Positions 1 to 16,100 of a stretch of 64,000 nucleotides of DNA are shown here, one piece after another. Made by a program: the position numbers and the translations under genes. Where the stretch lies: assembly GCA_903813345.2 (NCBI GenBank), contig CAIIXF020000001.1, positions 9,920,001 through 9,984,000 of the forward strand. The letters are read 5' to 3'. Source of the stretch: Owenia fusiformis (lineage: Eukaryota). The notes below the pieces were generated by a model, which saw only the letters and a program-made list of their open reading frames with translations, was not told the origin of the DNA and searched no databases. Positions within the stretch are counted from its first letter, which is position 1. The number at the start of each line of letters is the position of its first letter.

Positions 1-994
1 CTTGCCATCATTATGTACCACTCTCAATACAGAACTCTCATATACATGTATGTGAGTTGTTCTGATCGCTCACTCGCTGCTTAACTTGGATTGAAAGTTG
101 AAATTATGACCATAAACCAGAAAGTTATATTAACAAAATTGAACGATTGTTGAATTTTTTTATACAACCTACCTCATGTCACAATACCCCAGAGTACAAA
201 AACCCAGTAGTCTATAATAAGTTTTCTCTTTTTGTGATGTTTTATTTTATGGCCATGTTATTCATATTTCAATCCAAATTTTAACATTCAGGTATTCAGC
301 TTCCAGATTCCAGCTTCCTTGCAATAAGCAATGCTTGACTTTAAATGCATAAGCTAAGGATGAAATAATACAATTGTACCAATTTCTTGATTTAAAAAGG
401 TATTTGAGTTGGACAAAATCCACAACATAAAATGGGAATGATGTTTCGAATGACTTGCATGATCAAAAAGCATTTACAAACAGTCACATGCAAATAAAAC
501 CTTAGCTCATGCATAAGCAGCAAACATTAATGCAAGAACCTACAAAACACAAGGTTGTATATCAGAAAGAACCATACCATAAGCAACCTCTAAAGCAACC
601 ATGTGAAATACACATTAATAATACATATGTTGCAAATTCTCCATGCTTCTTAAAAACAGAAGTTTCATTGTAAATTTACCACATATGCCCTAAAGGTCTA
701 AACCAATTTTAACCACAACCCTAATGACAAATTAATGCATTCTAGCCCATTCTAATATTCATAGCATCTCTCACTGTGCAACGTCAGAAGGACAGAGATA
801 GAGAAGGGTTGGCTAACCATGATGATCCTAGCCAATAAATGATTCATCTCAAGTTGAGGCTTTTTATGAGAATGTTAACTCCATACTGAAGACAGTAAAA
901 CTGACCATTTATAAGAAGCATGTTCAAAGTTGCAATAGAGGTATCTACAAAGGCTGGATCTGTAACATGCATCACTATTATACACTATACAGAC

Positions 995-1122
995 CTCTGC
1001 TGTTCTTCCTCAAGGCGTATCAAAGCTGTTTCTAGATCCATACTATGGTCATCCTCTGCCATACGTAGACGTGCTTCCGTTGTTTCTAAACGTGCTGAAA
1101 GGCTCTCTGTAGTTGTGTTTAG
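995..1122 (-). CDS. CROCC: Rootletin exon 5 (128 nt, phase 0/2)
   Basis: ttacag acceptor; LNTTTESL...DHSMDLETALIRLEEEQQR; the donor (GTCTGT) is weak. Confidence 0.85.
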
Positions 1123-4100
1123 CTGTAACACGCCATGTATATGTAGCCAAAAGTACAGAAACTTTGCTTTTACCCACTTATTTTTATGTAATAGGTGAAG
1201 TTTCAGAATGATTTGATTTATCAAATTTTAATAAATGTAACTCTGGTGTGGAGAACAATAATGAATTTTTACCAAATATGAAGGGTTCTAAAACATTTCT
1301 ATTTACTAAGGGTTATAACTTTTTATATTTGAAATTTTCTACATGTATTAAGTAAATAACAAAGCAGATACAAGGAATCTCACATCTACAAATGGTAAAA
1401 GTGAAAAGATAAATAAAGGTCCAAATAAAATTAAGTAAATATGTTAAAGATCTAGGTTCAGCTATATTGGGTAAGAAAGTATGAAAGAGTCGTCTTTGTA
1501 CTTATTTCTACTCCTTAAAAATTTCCCATGTGTGCTATGTACAGGGCAAAACATAGGTAGGTAAGAAAAGTCAATCAAATATGGAAAATTTCTTGTCCAT
1601 ATTTGTCTAAGTCTTTCTTTCCTACATATTACCCTTTAAGCTCACATACAAGTCAATTTTTTGAATTCAAGAATGGTTTACTCAGTACAAAGTACTTGAA
1701 ATATCATACTAGTTATCTGGTTAATGCTACATGAATGGTAGATTCACCTGGAATAGAGGCCATATTATAATGTGGTATGTAAGTGTGACATTATTAATCA
1801 AATTAAATGAAAATGTGCACGCTACATCTGAAGTATCTATGTCTGATTGAAACATGCTACAGGAAGCTAAAAATAAATAGGGTGATGACAAATAAACATA
1901 AGATTAATTAAAATTGACTATATTCTAAAATTGATACATAACAATGAAATACTAGGGTACAACTAAACATGAATTGCAAATAGGAAAAATTACAGTATAG
2001 TACAGTATATAATACAGTCCAATGCTAATGTAGCTCAACCAACAACCATTTGTTACTTATTTTATTAGGTTGATATGGGAAACTATATTAACATGGAACA
2101 TATGGTAGTTTTAAAAATCTTGCATCAGTATTGACATTCAATATTTCTAGATGCAAGATGTACAGAGTTATATTAAATATTGGTTGTTAAAGCAGTTTAC
2201 AAAGAAGAGAATGAGGTTAAACAAATAATATAAAGTGCATAGTTTATCGTAAATTTTACAAAGCAAACGAGCGTTATGTAATGTTAGGGTAAGATTTAAT
2301 AAAAAAGAAACTAAAATTATAATGCTTAACCAAAAATCAGAAAATGAATATAAAATAATTTAAGCAACAAAATTTAATTTTAATGTGATATAGTGAAGCT
2401 TTGTTACAGTGATGTGAGATGGAGAAAGAGTGTAGTGATATGTGGCTTACCGATCTACGCATGCGGTCACCATCAGCTTGAACGATTCTCATCGATTCTT
2501 CCAATTCGCCACATTTACGTTTATATTGCAGAACCTGAAGGTAGGTGTTAAACAAGGTTTCACACTAAGTGCCACACTTTACAATGTTAGGTACACAATA
2601 CACATAAATCTTACCGATCTTTTTAATTTTGTGGTCTCAGATTTGAGAGTATCAATCTCTGTCTCTTGCTCTCCACATTTCTTCTTGTACTGGAGGACCT
2701 GGCAGGCATAAGCAAGAACATTGAAGCCATCATATATAGCACAGTATATAATAACACATACAATGAACATGTACAATATTAAGGGAATTATATCAATATA
2801 TATTATTGTTTATTATTACGGATAAAATTATACATATGCTTTTGTGTTCAAATAATAAGCTTTGATCCTCTCTCAAATGTAAATAGAGTTCAAAACAATC
2901 AATATCAGGAGCAGTTTTCTTTACATTAATTCTACATCCACAATTTGCGATTTTCAAGCCATAAAAAGACCAAAATGCCAATGAATGCAGAGAAATAATC
3001 TAGAATTGATCTGCAATGAGCATTCATATTTCCCTCTTAACAGTGAACTGAGTGAATAGAAAGTGGAATTTCGAAATCAAATGAAATATATATCTCAATG
3101 TGAATAATGAAGGTTAATATGTCTTCAACTGTCAACTAGAGCAAAAACAGACTTAAGCCAAGTACAATCATAGTGCAAGTTCTCGTACATCAATAGCATT
3201 TCTTGATGGAGATATGTATTCCTCCTCTTCTCCTTGTGAAGTAGTACATCCCATGCTACTCCCATAATAATATGGCTTATACATTCTAAGTCTCTACATC
3301 CACTTGTAACTGTCAGTTCAAATGACTTAATATCCAAATCACGTAAGAAACTTATGAATGTTGACATAAGTGCGTAAATCCATCATATTTGGACCCCCGG
3401 CTTGCTGTCAAAGATGCTCTAACTTGTTGCTAAGATACGGAGAGACTATAGATATTCTATGAAATCTGGGGTTATTACGGAATCACTGAGCCACTCATAT
3501 GCCAGATCCTAAGGTTATACTGATTGGTAATCGAGGGTAAAGGGAAGATAGCTAGTTAAGGGCTGAATTATTTATCCATTTATCAAGACATACAGTATGG
3601 TCCTTTATTTGTACGGATTCTCCACAAAACCAATAGCCCAGGACTCCAGGTATTTATCTATTGGTATTTCACACATTTCTTAACTCATTTTACAAAGTCG
3701 ATACACTACTTAAACATTAAAGTAGCTAAATTCAAACATATGAGGGCCATTACAAATAGGCAGTGTGTAACTTTATTTTAACCAATAATCAATGGAACTA
3801 TTAACATATTTCATATAACATAGAAAGGCTGTGGGTTGAATTTCACGATTATAATAACATAAGTCACCAGGTATACGGTATTTGGGAATTATTGGAATAA
3901 TGGTGGTCAATTATCATAAACTCTGTATGCTTCATATAAGTGAATGAAACAGAATTGATTTTGGATTAAGTTCCATGGTAAGTTCAAATACCGCTTGATG
4001 GAACGGAAGGCTTCAATTCATGCAATTCACAATGAAAGATCAAACTTATATATTCCAGATTAAGTATGTGTACGTTTATATTGATTAAGTCAAAGTAAGA

Positions 4101-7100
4101 TAGAGGAATATAATATAAAAATATTGGCATTATTTTAAATAGCCTAGTACAATTTATACTAAAATAGCCCAAATATCATTGTGCCTTTCATTGCATCTTC
4201 CTCAAACTTGACCACAATGCTCAAATGCAACTAATTAAAAAAAATCCAAAAATGAAAATAATTTCCGAGTATGTGTTATTGTTTGTGTACTTACATGAAG
4301 AGCTAATGACGTTAAACTCAACATTATCCATTATTACATTTGCCGTGTCACATTTTGTCAAAAGGCCCCTGATTACTTCAAGTTTATGCTATTCATACTG
4401 TGCAAGTTCTTTGAGTTTAGATATACTATTGAGTGGTCTTCAGGAATTCAATTGTTCCACAAAATAGATATTGATTTCATTGAAGTAGATCTATTAAGCA
4501 AATGTGAGAGATAACACAAATGAAACTCTAGATTTTTAATGACTGAAGTTGTACTATCGATATGTATATTATTGACTTCATATGAATTATTAAAGATCTA
4601 AGTGACATTGTTTCATGTGTATGGATTTTTGTACACAGGTGTGAAAGGAATTTGCAGCATAAAACACTTGTAATAACCAGAATCAATTATTGATGTAAAC
4701 AAAACAAAGCATTGTAATTGAATTAAGATTTAATAAAAGAAATATATACAAGGGCTGATCCAGAAGTTCTGATAAAAATGTTCACCATATCTATCAGAAC
4801 TTCTGGATCATGTACATATTATATACTGTAAGTCTTAAGGTGTAAAATCAATCATCTTTCATCAATGGTAAATACTTTATATGATTAAGATGCTGTTATA
4901 TACTTCAGATAAGTTAATGTGCCCAAATAACAAATAGATAATTCCATATAATCGTATTATCAATTTGCTACTTAAAATGTAATGATGTAACATTCCTAGC
5001 CTAGATTATAATACTTGATTGACAACACAAGACAATATTGGCTTAATTCAGTTAAATATTTATGATATTACTGGGGGAGATATTGATGTAGACAAAATGA
5101 AGATTCATAATTATGAATAATATGATGATGTACATCTAGGAAAGTCTTTGATGTTAATGAGCATTACATGCAAGCAGGATATTTAAATTTAATGCGTTTC
5201 AGTTCAAATGAAACTTTGCACCATTAACACTCAGACATACAAAACTCTGCAAAGTGTATGTGGATTGTACATTTGAAAAATCTGTTTTAAGTATTTTGTA
5301 TAAATAGTGTTAATTTAACATTTTACACAATCTAATTTTATCCATACATATCATTCAATGGGTGCAAGAATCTCACCTTCGCCTGCAACTTTTGCACAAG
5401 TTGAGCTTGTCTCTGCTGGCCATCTTGGTAAGCTTGCAGTTTACGCTTGTAACTTGAGTGTTCATCTTCAACTTTGCGACGCAACTCTATGTTTTGTTGC
5501 AGAAGAGCGGAGCTACTGGTGTCATTGCTTCTATCGCCACTTTCAAGCTTCAGCGCAGTCTCCAACTGAAAAACATTGTATCAAAGGAATCTTAATGCCA
5601 GGATGTTATTGTGTATTATTTAGGCACCAATAGGTTCTTGTTAGAATAAATCATGTGCGCTATCATATTGGTAACTCAATCTTCACTGGGTTCAGAAAGC
5701 TGATGGGAGTTGAGTGAACAAGGATCTCGGCCTATCTCAGAATGAGTGAACTTGAAAATGAAACATTTTTAATGAGAAATAACTTGAAAACAATGTTAGT
5801 GGTATATACTGTACTGATATATTAAAATGTTTTGGTCTTTATTGTATTTAGCAATTTTTAAAGTTACTTTAAAGCCATATTGCAATGATTCGGTATAATG
5901 AACAAAAGTCGTTGTGGCCACAAATCAAATCTTACAATTTATGAACTTAATTGCTCTACTCTATCAAGTTAGAGAAACTTCAGACCGATTTATGACAATT
6001 TTATTGCACTGTGAAGTGAACGACTCTTCAACATACCCCATAAGTACAACTCTAATACACTTGAAGAATAACTTTGGTAATAAGTTCATTTCTAAATATT
6101 TTGTAATCTTACTGATACTTATTCAAAAGTAGTTTTGATATATGTATAGTAAAGCCTGTATAACTTAACAAATCTCAAATCTGAACCCCTCTCAATGTGA
6201 ACACTTTTTAAACCATCTTTAATCTGCCATAGAATTCCATGTTAAAAACCTCAAAATACGAACACCTGACAATCCCGGGAATTCAGATTAGACAGGTTTT
6301 ACTGTACATATAATGTATATAACTCCTACATATACAATAAGCTTGTGTGGTGATATATTATGATGGCCCCTTGCAAAGCCTCTTATCAGGATAGAAATGT
6401 TGCTTTTGGCCAATTTTGAGCATTCAAAATAATTTTCTTTAAATGCTTTAAATGGCATTTAATGAGATTATTGGTATTAATATTAATCCATACACCAATA
6501 TTTAACAATGAATGAATGAAATCAAATATAACGACCCAATTGAGTTTAAAATTTGATTTATATTACATATTCTTGAGTCAGAACTTTGTCAGCAAGTACT
6601 ACAATATGAAAATATATAAAACAAAATATTAAACATGCCCCAAGCAGAGCAGTAAGTTCAAAAGCATTGACTTTGTAATACTTGTATATGTATATAATAT
6701 ATTCATATATGACAAACAACACCCTTTATATCCCCATATATTCTAACACCTATCGAACTATTATGATACCAGGCATTAACATGCAAAATGTCACAATGTG
6801 CCATTAGTCACAGATGATGAGCGCCGACTGCAAACAATCTCCACAAAAAAGTTGAGAGACTATAACAATGATCTATAAAAGAATAATATTTCCCTTATGG
6901 ATGTTAATGACTTTCCGTGTAAAATTATAAAATCAACAATTTTACTAACATCACCACTACATAGTTCATCAAACCATGACTCAATCCAGTATTTTTTATC
7001 CTCTGATGCATCCACTAGTTTCCTACTAGCTTCTTGTTGGTTATGGTTCAAAGTTTCAACATCATCTATTGCCTTGACCACTTTGGTCTCTTTAGACGCC

Positions 7101-10100
7101 ATTTGCTCATAACGGACTGAGCCTTGATCATGTATTTAGTAAAAATAAGTACCAGAACTAACTCAGATGCCAAAGGCCAACATAACACATAGAAGCTTTG
7201 ATATGTAGTATTTTCATAACTGCTTTACTCAAAGAGTATTATGTTTATCAAACTTTCATCTTACACAAGAATTGTGAAAACAAGCCTGGTAAAGTTTATT
7301 CTGGAGTTAAATAGGAAACACTAAGCCGAAAGAGGTCACAGCCACTAGTCTCGACCCAACTACAAATATTTCCAGATTAGAAGTTGTTACCTGAAATGGG
7401 CTCCTATATTGCGACATGATCACTCAATTTGGCTATATATCTTGATAAATCCAATACAAAAACACCACTTGATGATATTATGATACCAAAGGATGTTTTT
7501 AAGGACATCAGACTACCACCTGCATCTTATAAAATCTTATCCAACTCAGCGTCCAGTCTGGTGATAAGTTCGACTAAGCCTTGAAGTGTTTGCACCGATT
7601 CTGTCCAGGGTCAAAAGTGACAGTTGGAACTTGTGAGATTTGAAATTGGCTGGCAAACGCAAACTTCTACTACAGGTACTACAAACCTATTGTGAAGCGT
7701 AAACTTTACCCCTGTGTCAATAATTTGAACAAACATACTGATTGATATCTTAACAATAGCCAATAGGCTCTGGAGTTCTTGATAGTCAATATCAAACTCA
7801 AAGAATTTAAACGGTCTTTTATTAATTCTCAGTCAAACGTCATTAATATCTTTTGGGTTAACTTTGAGTGATTTTTGCACGAGTTGTTCGAATACAAAGA
7901 CTATACAAAAAGTTATGTTGTTATTTCATTATCAAAATGCAATTCCTGAACTCAAAGAATCAAAAATTGTAAAACTATAAATAAATATATGTAGAATGTA
8001 CAGACCATTGTAAACAAAGTCAAATGAAAATGAGCTAATCTGAGCCAATGCTTCAATTTTGATCAAATCATATAGAAACAGTTAATGTAGCATATGATCC
8101 ATGTATTTGTGAACCATTTTCAATTCTTCTTGCACCAGCATTAATGTAAGAATAAATTGGTTTTACTTATATGTGTATTCAATTTACTACTTTTATACGC
8201 ACAGGTTCTTAAGTACTTCAACATTCTGGTGCACAATCCATATTTAGAACGTTTCATTGTACATGTAACTGATGAAAGTGGAAGTGTGCGCACAATTCAA
8301 TGCGTGTACTGTTATTATGGCTCTTATATAATCTGTTATTTAACATTGTTTCAAGTAGATATTTCACTGTTACTTTCATCATTATGACCGAGCGCATACA
8401 AGCATTCACTAATAAATCTACTTGAGTCTAAATCTTAACGACAAATATTCACCACTGCCGGGTGACCCTTAAGTGGTGTTGGCTCTTATATGTGCAATAC
8501 TAGCTCTCCTCACTTTAAAGTACAATGGAGTGTCCCAATAATTGAACATAAGGAAATGGTTAATGGTCTTTATTTATAATCCCAACATCTCATAAAGCAT
8601 TGAAATCTGATTGCATCTGTAAGCATTTTTAATTGCTGGTATTAATACAGCGTTTACAGGGCCTGGACTATGTGACTGCAAGATGTGAAATATTTCAAAG
8701 CAGGAGAAGTTTTATCAACAACAATTTGAATTATACATGTATTACTGTATACTGTATGTGTATTATCTATGCTTCCATGGTGAATATCAGGCTAATCCAT
8801 GGGACTTGAATGCAAAGATTAGTTAACGTGTCTAATAATAATCTATCTAACTTTCTAATATCTTTATATTGTCTGTACTTTAATTCTAACGAAAGCAATT
8901 GGTTGTTTTGCTACTGAAGTATAATTGCTAGGAGTTAAGTAGACAAGCAACTTGGTGCAGATTTCCATCTTGATTCTGAAGTGATTCTCATGGGTTTCAG
9001 ACTTTCAGTTGCTCTAGCTTCAATGTTATAAGACCTTGGAGGTCGAAGATGACAGATTTATGAAGGTGGAACCATCCATAGTTAGGACACTGAGTTATGT
9101 CTTGCCTCAGAAGATGTCTCTACCATCAACATGCATATTCTTATATTAACGGCTCCCCTACCTAATAGACAGGGAGGGTCTGGGTTTGATGTTTTACTAC
9201 CCATTTTACTAACCATTGGAGACAAAATTGAACACATAAAAGTGCTATCTAAGTTAACATGTTTTCAAATCAACATTAGCTTGATGGTGTGCATAACTGT
9301 CAATAGTTTAACAAAATGTACAAGCCAAATTGTATCAAATATCTTGTATCATACTTGACCCCATAGTAGTACCTGACATTTCAGGTCATTTCTTTTTGAT
9401 TCAAAATGTATTTTAATTCGAAGAGTAAGAAATCTGACTCTTGGTAAATTTGCCAGAAGGCCATAGGTTACACATGTCTACAAATCAGAAATCTTAGTAG
9501 TAGTTCAGCATGTTGAGCAAACAAAATGGTAGAGGTTTCCTGATAACAGCTTTGAAATGCTTTGAAATAACATGTTTTATATGCTTGCCCCTAGGAATTT
9601 TAAAGTTGACAGCTTGTTGCAAAATGACTCTTATAGATTATCGTTACTTCGGCTTTTGTTACTTAAAGAGCTAAATACATGATTTCTGCATTGATATAGC
9701 CCTCTTATACCATCCTACCTGATCCAAATCGGGAAATGATGACATCACGGCGTGGTAAATCCTCGCGGTGTGCTTGATCACCAATCCTAATGTATATAAT
9801 CTGTTATGTACATACAGCTAAAGATGTCCAGTTAATGTCAAGATTGTTCCAGGCAGCAGTTCAAACAGTCAACAGGTAGCAGGGGACGCCACGCTAATGA
9901 TTGAATTAAAGCTACTGTATAGCACATGCTAGAGATTACCCGGGACAATCCAATATAGCACAAAAGCTTAGCTAAACCCTCTGTCAATGGACCAGATTAA
10001 CTTTCAATAGAAAAGAAAATTGTTCGAAATATTCAATATTACACAATGTTCTATTAGTCAATTCCCGTTATTCAAATCAATAGAAATGTATACCTGAGAC

Positions 10101-13100
10101 ACTGCAGGATTAGCTCATATGTAAGGCCGGCAAAAGAAATCTTGTAATTTAATACACCGGTTAGCCCCAATCTGGTGACACTTTTGGCAATCATATATGT
10201 AAACTAATTGTTGCCTTCTTATACACACAATTTACAAATAATACACCATTATGATTAGCTCATAATCCATAGTATGAAATTGTGATTGGAAGTAAATGGT
10301 CTCACACAGTACTATATAATATATTTACCAAGTTTTTCATAAAGCATAGGTAATATGACATACAGTTATATCAAAGTGATAACTTGTGTGAACCTACTGC
10401 TACCAGCCGGCAACATGTGGACAAGATTGTATCAGATATGGAAAATTGGGTCATATATCTACATATACAGAAAACTGACAAGAACTTTCACTGAATTTCT
10501 TATTTGTACAAATAGAGCACTGAACATGCTGAGCTAGGCGCTGTCGCCGTAACCATGAGGTTGTGAGTTCAAGACTCATGAGCTACTTGTGTTTTTTTTA
10601 TTTATTTCACAATGAATTGGCTTTTTACTATTCTGAACCTCTAGAAAACAGACCCAGAAACTTCTCATCAAAGGTATCCTGTGTACTGTTTTGTACTCTA
10701 ATATATAAACATATGAGCACATGGAGATCACTTGTAGAGTTGTGGACCACTCAAAACCCCTGAATCACTTAAAAAGAAGATGCCCAGGCAAATATGTTAT
10801 AGGTGAATTGTTCTACTTACTGAGCTATATAATATGGGAAGACAAGAGTGTAACTGTATGTTCCACTATCTCAACAATCCTGGTACAATTCATATATATT
10901 ACAAACTGTCAGGATATGAGCAATCATACATGTTGTAAGAATGGTGGAATGATTTCATATTACTTGGATGTATGTACATCATAAGAAGCAGGGCCGTAGG
11001 GAGAGGGGGTTCGGAGGGTTTGTGTGAACCCACCCCAAATCTTGCCTAAAAAAATTCGAACCCACCCTTTCAAGCAATTATGCAAACCCCCAAATATTAA
11101 CTTAATTTTAAGCAGTATTTCAGTAATTTATCATTTTTTCATTACCTGAGAATACAGAAAAATGATCTATTTTGAGATGGACGATGATAGGTTTGCACTT
11201 CGCATTTTAGGCCTGATACGATACCGTCAATTAAGGTATTCCATTGTACAAATAAAGAACATAATGGAAAATAATGTCAAAATATGGTCTCTTATTCATG
11301 ACATAAATCAGAGAATTTTGAACATGTGAAAGTTCATTGATGAAATGCACTTGATGCACCAAAGTTCTGAACGCTAGAAAACTCATACCAAAACAATGTT
11401 TTTACTTTTTAAGCTGTGATCAGACCAACCAGTAAGTATAAAGATCAATCACGATATATGAGTGAATTGAATAAGTACAATGTTTCAATCATAGCACACA
11501 AAAGGCTTCATTTTGGAAATACATGCAATCAAATAATACAAATCGGCAGTGTTCGATTCAAGGAAGCAAACATGCAAACTCCAGGACACAAACATTATTT
11601 TTTGGGTGAGGAGTCACTTTCAAAATTGTTCTTGAAAAAATGCCTTTTCATTGGGACTCACATTTTTGGAAATTTGAGGGCCACTGAGAGGTAACAAGAC
11701 AATAACATGCAAAATGTCACCATCTGCCATTTACAGACACCAAGCGCCATTTGTTACAGACACTGACCACCAAGCACCAACAACCAACCGCCAAACACCA
11801 ACCACAAAAAAGTTGCCGACTATAACAATATGTCACCACCAGAAAACACTACATCATTACCAATCTAACAAGTGAAAATATTCACTTCCTGGACAAATAA
11901 AACTTCATTGGCGTAACAGATCAAACCTAAGGTATACATTCTTCAATCATTTCAACAATAATATGAGATTTTAATCGCATGTTCATTAATTATTCTAATA
12001 ATCCAAAAACCCTTCATCTTACAAATGTGCAGGTGCTTTTCATCAATCCCTCTTAGTACTGTAATAGTACATGTAATTATCAAAGACTTCACTTGATCAT
12101 ACTTTCAGACCCCAAGACCCCAGCATGCCATTATTTCATGCATTGTTACATCAGCAAATACCGATTAATTAATACAGTATTGGTTTACACAATAACAATC
12201 TGGAAGTTGTAGTTGTTGTTTTTTTTAAATTCTTTTGGGATTGTCAGCCCCCAGCATTTAATGATTGTGCAGAGAAAGTAGACAATACATTTTCAGACAC
12301 GCAATGATTGAACCAAAATTCAAGGCTTTACTGATACCAATCATTCAAGTACTGATATACTACATGTTTATTAAAGTAAATGTAAAGGGCAGCAATTTTC
12401 TTGAAATTAAATCAGCATTTTTTGGAGCTACCATTGAGCTCTTACCAGGTTTACTTCAAGAAGACAATGTAATGATAGTTTCGAGAAAAAAAACAAGGAA
12501 ATACACACATGCCTTCGTAAATTATTTTGCACTAGAAAATAATATTTGCAGGTATAGCAATTATTTCAAAGATGTTTTCTTGAACCATCACCACGAGGCA
12601 ACCACTTGAGCTAGTTTATTTTGTTCATGCTTTGCAAAGGGTCACCTATAAAATTACGATGGGAATTTCATGATTTTTCAAACAAGTGCAATCATTTTTA
12701 ATTATCAGGCCATTAATCTTCAGAAATTTCATGTTCTATATCTGTACAAAGACTAAAATAAACAAATACAATATGATCCTATCAATTATTCAACCATCAC
12801 CATTTCTACTGTTATGATGATAAGCCATGTCCCTTCTACTTCACAAACATGTGTACAAGGCATTCACATGACAGTCTCACAACCTGATAATGATTACAAT
12901 ATATGGAGTATTTTTAAGACAACAAATGATGACAACGAATGGCAGTCACAAAAAATGGTGGCTAGAATAATATGTCACCACTTTTAATGACACGATTGGT
13001 TGATTAAGCTACATGCTTTTTAGAGAACTGTTGTGTGTAAATATGTAACATTATGAGTATGACCCCTGGCCTTAGATCACTGTCTTCCTCTCAATTGTTT

Positions 13101-16100
13101 TTTCTTGGGACCTAATTGCAACTATTTTTCTTATGCCTTTATACTCAATCAGGCAAGCGAATACTAGAAAGGGAAGAATTCCCAGAGGACAAAACTTCAT
13201 GTTCAAGTTCATGTGAAAGTTCTCTTAAAAACATGTAACTTACTTAACGTCTCTAACAAGAGGATCTGGTACACAAGAATGATCTACTTTTGATGTATTC
13301 TAACACATCTATACTCACCCTTTCACTTAGAGCATTATATTTGATCCCAATTTCATCACGCTCAGCTCTGCTTGATGCAAGGAGATCTTCAACTCTGTTA
13401 AGTTCATTCTGGAGCATGCGATTCTCCTCCGTCAAGTGTCCCGCAGATGGTGATGTCATAGCGCCAGGTTCTGGTAGTGTTAAATCTTCTGTTGATAAAT
13501 TTTTGGTGATGATTTCCCGTATCCGGGCGCTCACCTTTGAGGAGCGATCGTCCTCTCCCTTGATGGTATATTCTTCACTGCTCTTAAGCACACTGCTCTC
13601 TAGTTTCTAAAAAAAATACAAAATATTACGATAAACACATGTGATGTCAAAGTATTTTTGTTTTTGAAGAAATCAATCTTATCTTTGGTCCAGTTAAATG
13701 TAGATTCATAAATGTCATTTGGTGATCCATTTTAGTTGGTTTGGTTTGTGAAGAACTACCTTGATAAAAAACCTTTAGATTGACATATTTGGCTCGGGTT
13801 TGTTATACCATTTAATACAATAAAATTATGACTGAACAATTTTCTAACTAATTTAGCTACTGGCATTTTGTACATGCATATTGATTGACTTCTGCTACAG
13901 TAAGCAAACCTCAAGAATGGTCTAAAAGTTTACTTAAGTTGACAGTTTCCTGAAAGTTTTCCAAAAATAATAGAACTCAAACAATATGTAAGCTCACGAT
14001 AACAACGAATCTGAAATCTTAAAATAACATAGTACTATTCACCGAAGGGAAAGGAAACTTGACAAGTATGTTAGTTGCATAAATATGCTTGGAGATTCTA
14101 TACTGAAACATTTGATACCACTGAACATTAAGAGATCTGTTAAAAAATTAATAACCGGATAACACAAGAAACATGAAATCAATGGATTGTCACTCAGTCT
14201 GCAATGAGATACAGGAAATGACTAGAAAATAAATGCAAGTTTCAATGGTATAACAGAATCAAACACTTAATTTTTCATTTCAGACCTATGCCTTAGCATC
14301 TTTCATTTGTATTGTCGTGAAATGTTTTTCACAATTTTCATAAAAATAACACGAATATGATGAGTTAATCCATATAAAATCCAGTGTATCATGGTTAAAA
14401 TATTCTTATTAACATTTATTGTTACTTGAAGAACAATCAAGGACATTATTATGTGAGTAAACTCTACTTTTAGACCCGATATAGATACTTGACACACTAC
14501 TTTTATATCATGCTTTCCTACTCATGTACTCGAAAGTGAGTGATTGTGTTACACCGAACAATTGAGTATGAATAGAATTCTATTATACTACACTTTATTA
14601 CTTTCAATTCTGTATCTTTTCAACATGAAATGACAAAGCGATCATACAAATGGTTTCTCAAAAAGTCTTCAATTGCATTCATCTAATCCATAGAGGGGCA
14701 AATTCTGGGTCAAAATGTTATTTAAAAGATTCAACATATTGTTCACTGGCATGTAGCGATTATAGCGGTCCTGTCTTGGCTTATTGAATTGTTACGAAGT
14801 TACGTATGCGGTGCGGAAGTTAGAGAGCAAATGACCATCATTTCAATGTAATAGTTTATGCAGGAAAATTGAGATTAGGCCATTGGAGTATTTGTTTCAT
14901 GCATTTGTAAAACATTACCCACTCATAGGTCATACTTATCGTTAAACCAATAACTCAAATATATGCCCTTGTACACCGATCACCTGTTGAAATTAATACA
15001 GGCCGATTTCAACAAATGTAAAGGGCGATATATTTAAAATCGTATTCAAGCATGACCACGTCCCAACTTCTTTTGTTTTCTTTACAACTAAGCTATGACT
15101 GCAGTCTATTCAGTGTTGCGTATCGAACCTTGTTTATTATAAAAATAGTGCAACAACAAGCAGAATTCACACATTTACCTTATACTTATTCTCAACTGAA
15201 GACATTGAATTTATCTCTTAGGTTTTACATTATAAATATCTTAACATGCAGAATACGAAAATGGAGGCTTAGGCCCAACTTTGTATGAATTTTATGAGAA
15301 TAATCTGATTTTAGAGAAATGAAAAGAAAAATGTCCACACCCTACACAAAATATTTATGGTTCCCCGGGAATACGTATGTGCTGCTTGTATATTAGAATC
15401 GTATTCCAGTTACAGAAAGAAGTACATATCATGCTAAACTATATACAACAGTTATGCAGTTGGAGGTTTTGGATACAGGGAATATCCCGAGGGATATATA
15501 ATTCATCTTCCCTTGGTCCCTTTGGTCCCTCGGGAAGATATATTGTATATCCCTCGGGATATTCCCTGTATCCAAAACCTCCAATTGCATAACCCCTACA
15601 TATTGGCCAAGGGATAATCCTAATATCCTGAACCGCGACTATAGGATAATATGTTTATCCCATACCAATCTTGGTCATCTGGTTCACATTGTTAAATCGT
15701 GGAAACATTTTAGAATATTCATGTCCAGTTTTGTTTTCTTGGCCGTGGGCGGATTTTCATGTTCTCTCAAATATTCCCATATTTATTTTCTCGAATTTTT
15801 ATTGATTAAGAGGATGCTCTTTCCCCTTTTTTAACTATCAAACAGACCCTGATTGTCTGTGTTTTCTCCATTGCCGTTTACAGTCATTCCGCGAACGTTA
15901 CAAATTATGAACAAACATGCAAGCGGCGATTATGACGTAGCGGGCAGATATACTATATCTGCCCGCTTGGAGCGGGACGTAAAGCTTTAGCCCATGGTTG
16001 CAAGGAGGATATAGATCGAATATCACATGATGATATATTTGATATGTGGATCAAGATATCATATTTTAGCAAACAATTTACAAACCATCGAATATCACTT

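Noticed and set aside
10510-10590. tRNA or tRNA-derived SINE
   Set aside because: B-box-like gagttcaagac is present but no cloverleaf or consistent A-box on the same strand
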